DNA from: Bacteroidales bacterium
GTDB lineage: Bacteria; Bacteroidota; Bacteroidia; Bacteroidales; VadinHA17
NCBI GenBank assembly: GCA_023251395.1
Contig: JAHEYW010000004.1
Location: 1-43,090 of the forward strand
Direction: 5' to 3'
DNA length: 43,090 nt
The notes under the pieces were generated by a model. That model saw only the letters and a program-made list of their open reading frames with translations. It was not told where the DNA came from and did no database searches. The number at the start of each line of letters is the position of its first letter. Position 1 is the first letter of the stretch. Of this stretch, positions 37,024-43,090 are shown piece after piece. The position numbers and the translations under genes are program-made.

Positions 37024-37956
37024 TTATAATACTTTAATAGCCACTCCTCCCTTTTTATGTCCTTTCTCAACATATCTGTGAGCTTTGACGATCTCTTCAA
37101 ACTGATAGCACCTGTCAACGACCGGCTTTATATGTCCCGCCTCCACCAGTACCCTGATTTTTTCCAGACGAGCGGAGTCTAATAACAGGGGTTCATCATC
37201 AATAGACACATACTTCCCTTCCGGAGTGAGTGAGTTTTTGATCTCTTTTTTAAATCCGGACGTTTTGTTTTTTCCAACTGCATCGAGAATAAAATCATAA
37301 TTTACACCTGGCTCAGAATGGTCCACTCTTGTATAATCTATCATTTCATCTGCGCCCAGGGATTTTGCTAATTCCAGATTTTCACTACTGCATACTGCAG
37401 TTACTTTCGCTCCCAGAAACTTCGCAAATTGAATTGCGATTGTCCCGGTTGTCCCTGACGCCCCATAGATCAGAACTTTTTGTCCAGGCTGAATATTCCC
37501 CTTTTCCATAAACTGGAATGCCAGGAGTCCGCCGTATGCTGCAACAGTGGCTTCTTCAAAAGACAAATTCTCAGGCATCATCGACAGGCAGCCCTGCTTC
37601 GAGTCTGTCTCTTTCATACACTTAAATTCAGCGTAAGCCCCAAGACTGAATCCGGTAAGGCCATAAATCCTGTCTCCGGGCTTAAATCGATTTATGTTTT
37701 TTCCGGCCGATTCAATTTCTCCCGCAAGTACCAACCCTATTACAGGCCTTCGGGGTTTTGTTATCCCCATCATTAACCGGAATGGGATCAGAACCCTGAA
37801 AGGCACCTGTGAACCCCGGATGTAGAGATCGCTCGCAGTTACTGCTGAAGCATGAATTTTTATGCGGACCTCATTCTCCCTGGGAGCCGGGTTTTCAATT
37901 TCTCTGATTTGAAGAACGTCAGGCGGCCCGTATCTTGTACAAATAATGGCTTTCAT
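37024..37956 (-). CDS. MDR-family NAD(P)H-dependent oxidoreductase (quinone oxidoreductase / zinc-ADH-like)
   Basis: GDRIYG in the GroES-like domain. Rossmann motif LIYGASGTTGTIAIQFAK. C-terminal GHKKGGVAIKV. Confidence 0.85.
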   Translation of the reverse strand: MKAIICTRYGPPDVLQIREIENPAPRENEVRIKIHASAVTASDLYIRGSQVPFRVLIPFRLMMGITKPRRPVIGLVLAGEIESAGKNINRFKPGDRIYGLTGFSLGAYAEFKCMKETDSKQGCLSMMPENLSFEEATVAAYGGLLAFQFMEKGNIQPGQKVLIYGASGTTGTIAIQFAKFLGAKVTAVCSSENLELAKSLGADEMIDYTRVDHSEPGVNYDFILDAVGKNKTSGFKKEIKNSLTPEGKYVSIDDEPLLLDSARLEKIRVLVEAGHIKPVVDRCYQFEEIVKAHRYVEKGHKKGGVAIKVL

Positions 37957-37973
37957 TTGTGAAGTTTTAAATA

Positions 37974-38636
37974 TTATTTGGGTTGCTCTGTCTTCTTATT
38001 TCCAAATAAATTATGAGGCTTTTCCCTGAATCTTTCATTCATTATTAAGACAGTAACGAAAATGAATGCAATGAATGCTAATAGTACAATAATCTGGCTC
38101 AGAGATGTTTTTTGAATATCCTGCTTGTTTTTTACATCGCAGACTTCTCCCGGACAGTACTGCACTTTATCTTTAAAGAAGAGGGGATAAAACTTACAAC
38201 CCAGACATATTCCAAATGCCGATTCAAAGAACAGGAATATGAGACAGATAAGGCAGATAATTCCTGTAATCGGACTGAAAGCATTTACAATAATAAAAAA
38301 GATGAACATGGTTGCAGATAAGACAACGCCAATTATCCAGGCAAACTTTTTTTGTGCTGCGCCAACATATTCCGGAGTCTGATTCCGGACAATCAAACGA
38401 GCAAAAATAAGTGTTGGCGAAAATCTTGGATTTATAAAAACCCGTATAAGGAAATCGAAAAGGAAAAAGGTTATTACGTACTTTATCGGAATAAAGTTCC
38501 CTTTGAACAGAATGAACAATAATGAAGTGAATGTCGCCAGGAACAGGATCCCTGCAGCTGCCCTGATTTCGCGTTCATTTAAAACCGGGATATTATATCC
38601 CTCAACATCTTCTCCGAATTTGATTAATTTTTTCAT
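37974..38636 (-). CDS. DUF4395-like membrane protein
   Basis: N-terminal VEGYNIPVLNEREIRAAAGIL. TM segments and the motif ESAFGICLGCKFY, followed by CPGEVC. The family call is from memory. Confidence 0.65.
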   Translation of the reverse strand: MKKLIKFGEDVEGYNIPVLNEREIRAAAGILFLATFTSLLFILFKGNFIPIKYVITFFLFDFLIRVFINPRFSPTLIFARLIVRNQTPEYVGAAQKKFAWIIGVVLSATMFIFFIIVNAFSPITGIICLICLIFLFFESAFGICLGCKFYPLFFKDKVQYCPGEVCDVKNKQDIQKTSLSQIIVLLAFIAFIFVTVLIMNERFREKPHNLFGNKKTEQPK

Positions 38637-38649
38637 GAAAGTCTAATTT

Positions 38650-41130
38650 TTAAAAATATATGCGGTACATTAAGTTCGGGAAAAAGCCAAACTGCTTCAT
38701 ATAGCCAATTTTCCCGGGTTTACTATCGTCGTAATATTCCGACATTCTGCCCTGACTGTTCGTGAGGTTCATCAGATCCAGGAAGATTTCGTGGGTAGCC
38801 CCGGGTTTATTGAATTTATAGCTTACTGAAAAATTCATAAGAAAAAGATCCTCAAATTTATCATTATAGGCCTTGCTGAAGTCAAAATATCTGTCGTTCT
38901 GTGGTTCAACTGCAACATTCCCCTGAATATCTCTTAATAGAGGAACATACCGTTGTCCACCTTCAAAGAATATTTTTGTGTTCAACGCCAGAGTCTGGTT
39001 TTGTTTTTTACCAAGCTTCCGGAACTCTTTTCCAGCTAATATATTAACAATATAATTATTATTATAACGTGTATTTCGCCAGATGCCTTCCAGCGATTTG
39101 TATTTTGAATCGAACAGCGAGCCATTAATAAGAAAGTAGAAATTCTTATCAAAAAAACGTTCAATTGACATTTCAAGGCCATAGTTTTTACCATAGCCTT
39201 TATTAACAAGCTCAACATATTTATAATCAATTCCTTCATTGATGGTGGAATAACAACTGGTGTTATTATTTTCGACCGGCAGATTATATAAAAACTGGTA
39301 GTATGCCTCAACCTTTGCCATAAGATTTTCTGTAAAATGTTTTTCATAGCCCACGACAAAATGGTGGGCTTTTAACAATCCGAGGTTTTTATTGGGTTGT
39401 TTGTAACTACCGTCATCCTGAAGGATCCTGGTATAATAGTTTTGTATCCGCTCTGCTGTGCTGTGCATTCCATAGCCTGCATGCACGGAATTACTTTTAT
39501 TGATAACCCAGTTCAGGCTTAATCTTGGTTCAAGAGTGCTTTTATTATTCATTAAAACATTCATGTTATGTATTCCGGCGACAACACTTATTTTTTCATT
39601 TAAGCTATGTTTCCAGCTAATGAAATTATTTATAGTGCTTGCATTTACATTAAAGTCATTTATATATTTCACTGACTCTGCTTCATTGCTATAGATGTTT
39701 TGATTGTAATTGTAGTTATACAGCGTATACTTTGTGCCTATCTGAAATTTGTTTTTAGCGTTTATCTTATTGCTATAGGTAACCGCACCCCTGAATGCTG
39801 AATTAATAATCCTGCTTTGGATCATGTGCTTTCTGGGAGATATTTGATCTTCAGTTATTTCACTCTGATCGTTGTAAGTTCTTAAAGTATCAGTCTCATA
39901 AATATCATCGTTAAGTCCTGATCCTGAATAATTAATTGACGTTTTTATAAAACTATTATTATTAAGCGATAAGGTATGATTCATTCCGGCGTTGGCCAGG
40001 TAATTAGCCTTATAATAATCTTTACTGGCAAGAGCGCTGCTTGTTGTTCTGCCAGGGGTAGACAAACCGGTTGGCCCCATCTTTTCCATTGAAACACCAC
40101 TCAGGCCACCAAGCCCATAGAATGAAAAAGTACCTGTTCGTCTGGTGGGCAGAACTACTTTGAAAGTGGCATCCTGATAATTAACACCTCCCGGCACATC
40201 CACAAGTCCCAGATCTTTAATAAGTGATATTGTAGAATACCGGTAATTAAACAGGTATGAGCCTGCGTATCCTTTTTTAAACGGACCTTCGAGGGTAAGC
40301 TCTGTTCCCATTAAACCTATTCCGGTTGTTGCTTCAAATTTTTCGTTATTTCCAGCCCGTAGTTTTACGTCATAAATACAGGAGATCACATCTCCATATT
40401 CCGGTGAAAATGCACCGGTATAAAAATCTGATGTGCTTAAAAGATTGTTGTTAAGGGCAGTGAGTGCACCAAAGGAAGAATTTTGATCATCCATATGATA
40501 AGGGCTTGATATTTCTGCCCCATCCAGACGCCACTGCATATATTTTGGTGAGTTTCCCCGTACAATAATATCGCTGCTTCCGTCAGGCGTACTGGCGACC
40601 CCGGCAAATGATGCAACTACACGGGCGGGGTCGTCCATACCGCCGGTAAAACGCTTGGTTTCTTCAAGGGTAATGGAATGTGTGCTAAGTTGAGACATTT
40701 CGTTAATTGCCTCTCCTTTCTTTTTGTATCCGTTTACAACAACTTCATTCATTGTTGTAACAGATTCCTGCATAGTCAAATCCAGGACGACCTCTTTCCC
40801 TGAGTTTACTACAATATCCGGAATGGTTTTGGATGCATATCCAAGGTAAGATATTTTTATTGCTATTCTGCCTAACTGGATATTTCCAAATCTGAAATTT
40901 CCGTTTGCATCAGTTGTCGTTCCGATTAAAGGATCGGAACCAACGATTAATACTGTCGCTCCTATGAGCGGTAATTTGCTATCGAAATCATTTATAGTAC
41001 CTCTTACTGTCTGTTTGAGAGTCTGGCTAAACCCCAGTGTTGAGAATACTGTAATCATTAAAATGAATGAAATAAACTTTATTAAAAAAGGTGATTTCAA
41101 TTCGGTTCCTGACTGATTAAACTTTTCCAT
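38650..41130 (-). CDS. TonB-dependent receptor (CarboxypepD_reg + plug + 22-strand barrel)
   Basis: Signal peptide present. VRGTINDFDSKLPLIGATVLIVG ... GNFRF is the CarboxypepD_reg domain. The plug contains DPARVVASFAGV and IIVRGNSP. C-terminal YRIYF. Confidence 0.88.
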   Translation of the reverse strand: MEKFNQSGTELKSPFLIKFISFILMITVFSTLGFSQTLKQTVRGTINDFDSKLPLIGATVLIVGSDPLIGTTTDANGNFRFGNIQLGRIAIKISYLGYASKTIPDIVVNSGKEVVLDLTMQESVTTMNEVVVNGYKKKGEAINEMSQLSTHSITLEETKRFTGGMDDPARVVASFAGVASTPDGSSDIIVRGNSPKYMQWRLDGAEISSPYHMDDQNSSFGALTALNNNLLSTSDFYTGAFSPEYGDVISCIYDVKLRAGNNEKFEATTGIGLMGTELTLEGPFKKGYAGSYLFNYRYSTISLIKDLGLVDVPGGVNYQDATFKVVLPTRRTGTFSFYGLGGLSGVSMEKMGPTGLSTPGRTTSSALASKDYYKANYLANAGMNHTLSLNNNSFIKTSINYSGSGLNDDIYETDTLRTYNDQSEITEDQISPRKHMIQSRIINSAFRGAVTYSNKINAKNKFQIGTKYTLYNYNYNQNIYSNEAESVKYINDFNVNASTINNFISWKHSLNEKISVVAGIHNMNVLMNNKSTLEPRLSLNWVINKSNSVHAGYGMHSTAERIQNYYTRILQDDGSYKQPNKNLGLLKAHHFVVGYEKHFTENLMAKVEAYYQFLYNLPVENNNTSCYSTINEGIDYKYVELVNKGYGKNYGLEMSIERFFDKNFYFLINGSLFDSKYKSLEGIWRNTRYNNNYIVNILAGKEFRKLGKKQNQTLALNTKIFFEGGQRYVPLLRDIQGNVAVEPQNDRYFDFSKAYNDKFEDLFLMNFSVSYKFNKPGATHEIFLDLMNLTNSQGRMSEYYDDSKPGKIGYMKQFGFFPNLMYRIYF

Positions 41131-41158
41131 TATTTCATTAATTATTGGTTAAACTATT

Positions 41159-41229
41159 CCAAAGGAAATAATGCAAAACGCTTAATCAAAAGGAAATATG
41201 ATCAGCGGTCAGAAAAGATGATTAGCGGT
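41159..41229 (-). promoter_or_regulatory. Predicted LytTR-box pair plus activator-dependent promoter (copy 2)
   Basis: In gene orientation: ACCGCTAATCATCTTTTCTG, then ACCGCTGATCATATTTCCT, then TTTG, 23 nt, TTTG. It lies 29 nt upstream of the receptor start codon and directly downstream of the LytTR regulator gene. Confidence 0.6.
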
Positions 41230-41257
41230 AAATTTTGAGAATAAAGGGGCAGATTTA

Positions 41258-41971
41258 TCAATTAAATGCCTTAAGTTTTCTGGCATACCTTCTGCTTACC
41301 TCAAGTGGTTCCGTGATATTTTTAAGAAAAGCCTGCGGTGGTTTATCAGGCCTTTTTTCTACCTTTTCGAGATGCTCAATATTGATGATACTTGACCGGT
41401 GAATCCTTTTAAAATTTGAAGAAGGAAGATCTTCTTCCCACTGTTTGAGTGTTTTTAATACCATGAAATGTTTACAATCACAGGTAAATATCCTGGAATA
41501 ATTACCAACCGGTTCAATAAATGTTATCGAGCTGATCTTGATGAACCTTGATGTGTAATTATTAAGCCGTACATATATACTATCAGAATAATCATAGCCC
41601 CTGGCAGCACAATCCTGTGTTATTCCCTTATTCATAACCCTTTCAATAGATTCTCCCAGCCGGTCGGGGTTGACGGGTTTCAGCAGATAATCCACTGCGT
41701 TTACATCGAATGCCCGGATTGCATATTCGTCGTATGCGGTAACAAAAATTATTTTAACTGACCTGCCGGTTACTGCAAGAAGATCAAAGCCTGTTTCCCC
41801 GCTCAACTGGATATCCAGAAAAATCAGCTGGGGATTATGCATGTTTATCAGTTCTGTTGCGGCACTACATGTGCCGGCCTCCCCAACAATTTCTATTCCG
41901 GGATATATCTCCAGCAATTTCAAAAGATTAACTCTTGCCAGCCTTTCATCATCAACTATTATTGCTTTCAA
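41258..41971 (-). CDS. LytTR-family response regulator
   Basis: Receiver motifs IIVDDERLAR, DIQLSGETG, LLKPV. C-terminal LytTR motif FKRIHRSSIINIEHL. Confidence 0.9.
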   Translation of the reverse strand: MKAIIVDDERLARVNLLKLLEIYPGIEIVGEAGTCSAATELINMHNPQLIFLDIQLSGETGFDLLAVTGRSVKIIFVTAYDEYAIRAFDVNAVDYLLKPVNPDRLGESIERVMNKGITQDCAARGYDYSDSIYVRLNNYTSRFIKISSITFIEPVGNYSRIFTCDCKHFMVLKTLKQWEEDLPSSNFKRIHRSSIINIEHLEKVEKRPDKPPQAFLKNITEPLEVSRRYARKLKAFN

Positions 41972-41976
41972 AATGT

Positions 41977-43050
41977 TTACCGGGTATTAATATTATTAAT
42001 CTCAATAGCTGCAATTACCCATCCGTTCTCTTCAGTCAGAGAAAATGAATAGTCATCATTATAAAATAATCCAAGCCTGTACTTGATGTTTTCAAGGCCA
42101 TTTCCCGTTCCATCAGAATTTGCTGCATTCACTCTAGCCGGATTTACTAATTTTCCTGTATTCAGTACGGAGATAGAGAGAGTCTTGTTTAACAGTTTAA
42201 CCAGCAGACGAATAACAAGACGCTGGTCCTCTGTCTTCTTCCCGTATTTTACTGCATTTTCAATAAGCAGGTGAATTACAAAAGATGGGATCATGATGTT
42301 TTTTACTGCTTCATCAAGAACAATTTCGTACTGAAATTCTTCCTCGAAACGCATCTTTTGGATCTCAAGGTATTTGGTAATTGATTCCACCTCTTTTTCG
42401 ATAGATATTGTCTGCTGTTGCTTAGTCAATGTATAGCGGTAATATTCTGACATCTCCAGAACCAGTTTCTTTGCTTTCTCGGTGTTTTCATCAATTAAGG
42501 CATATATCGAGTTCAGAACATTAAAAAGGAAATGCGGATTTATCTGGTACCTGAGCATTTTAAGGTGAATATCTTTTGACAATGTTTCTGTCTTATGAGC
42601 TGTCTCCTTTTGTCTGGCAGCTTGCAGAACGAGGTAAGTCAGGAAATAGGTTGCACTCAGAAAAAAGACCATCAGACTTACTCCCGGTGTGTACTTTTCA
42701 ATAAGATCAAACGATAAAGGATTCTGTACCTTAAATCCCAAAGCGATCGCCAGCCAGCTGCTTAAAAATAAAACAAGCGTCGGGACTGTTAATGCAAATC
42801 CAAATATTACAGACCAAAGCAGAAAAATCCTTTTTCTTTTTAATGTCCAATTGAAACAGTTTATAAGTATAAAAATAAATGGTAAAACTGAAATAAATTC
42901 AAACAGATAGTTCACTAAGATTGTTTTTGTTTTTCCAGGGGCCGGCGGAACCCATGCAAATGAATCAAGAGTCCTTGTTATAATCAAAAATACCAGAACA
43001 CCCAGCATATTGAAAAAAAACGGGAACTTTTTATATAATGTCTTAATCAT
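41977..43050 (-). CDS. LytS/YehU-type sensor histidine kinase
   Basis: Multi-TM N-terminus. H-box YQINPHFLFNVLNSIYALI. ATPase-like LLIENAVKYG and GNGLENI. Confidence 0.88.
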   Translation of the reverse strand: MIKTLYKKFPFFFNMLGVLVFLIITRTLDSFAWVPPAPGKTKTILVNYLFEFISVLPFIFILINCFNWTLKRKRIFLLWSVIFGFALTVPTLVLFLSSWLAIALGFKVQNPLSFDLIEKYTPGVSLMVFFLSATYFLTYLVLQAARQKETAHKTETLSKDIHLKMLRYQINPHFLFNVLNSIYALIDENTEKAKKLVLEMSEYYRYTLTKQQQTISIEKEVESITKYLEIQKMRFEEEFQYEIVLDEAVKNIMIPSFVIHLLIENAVKYGKKTEDQRLVIRLLVKLLNKTLSISVLNTGKLVNPARVNAANSDGTGNGLENIKYRLGLFYNDDYSFSLTEENGWVIAAIEINNINTR

Positions 43051-43090
43051 TAATTTGATTTTTTAGCGTATAAGAAGGCTCCTTTTAAAT

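Overview
This looks like a chromosomal segment from a Bacteroidota-type bacterium. That is an inference from three things: TonB-dependent receptors with CarboxypepD_reg-like N-domains, long orphan FtsX permeases, and TTTG / TAnnTTTG-style promoter boxes. I found no rRNA, CRISPR array, transposase or integrase.

Gene content, left to right:
- A window-truncated tRNA-like 3' end, followed by about 900 bp with no ORF.
- A TolC / MacA / MacB-ATPase / FtsX-permease efflux operon, followed by a LytS-type kinase, a small secreted protein and a LytTR regulator.
- An ispD C-terminal remnant and a second copy of the tRNA-like 3' fragment.
- Housekeeping genes (a Dus-family tRNA-dihydrouridine synthase, xth, a DEDD exonuclease).
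- Two tandem enolase-superfamily paralogs with Tat-type signal peptides.
- An RND efflux operon whose adaptor is fused to a DoxX domain and whose pump carries an in-frame TAG.
- Secreted hydrolases, a Tat-signal DUF362 protein, and an MBL-fold hydrolase.
- A long FtsX permease with an in-frame TGA at a conserved Gly.
- An ECF sigma / anti-sigma-like module.
- A membrane protein paired with a winged-helix regulator.
- Two TonB-dependent receptors.
- A second LytS/LytTR two-component pair.

The strongest sequence-level signal is a 71-nt block conserved between the upstream regions of two distant minus-strand genes. It contains paired direct repeats exactly 20 bp apart, the classic LytTR-box layout, and one copy lies immediately downstream of a LytS/LytTR pair. 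The second is a 43-nt direct repeat of the tRNA-like 3' fragment that brackets the 8.5-kb efflux and two-component module.

All family calls come from motifs I recognised by eye in the supplied translations. No database search was run.
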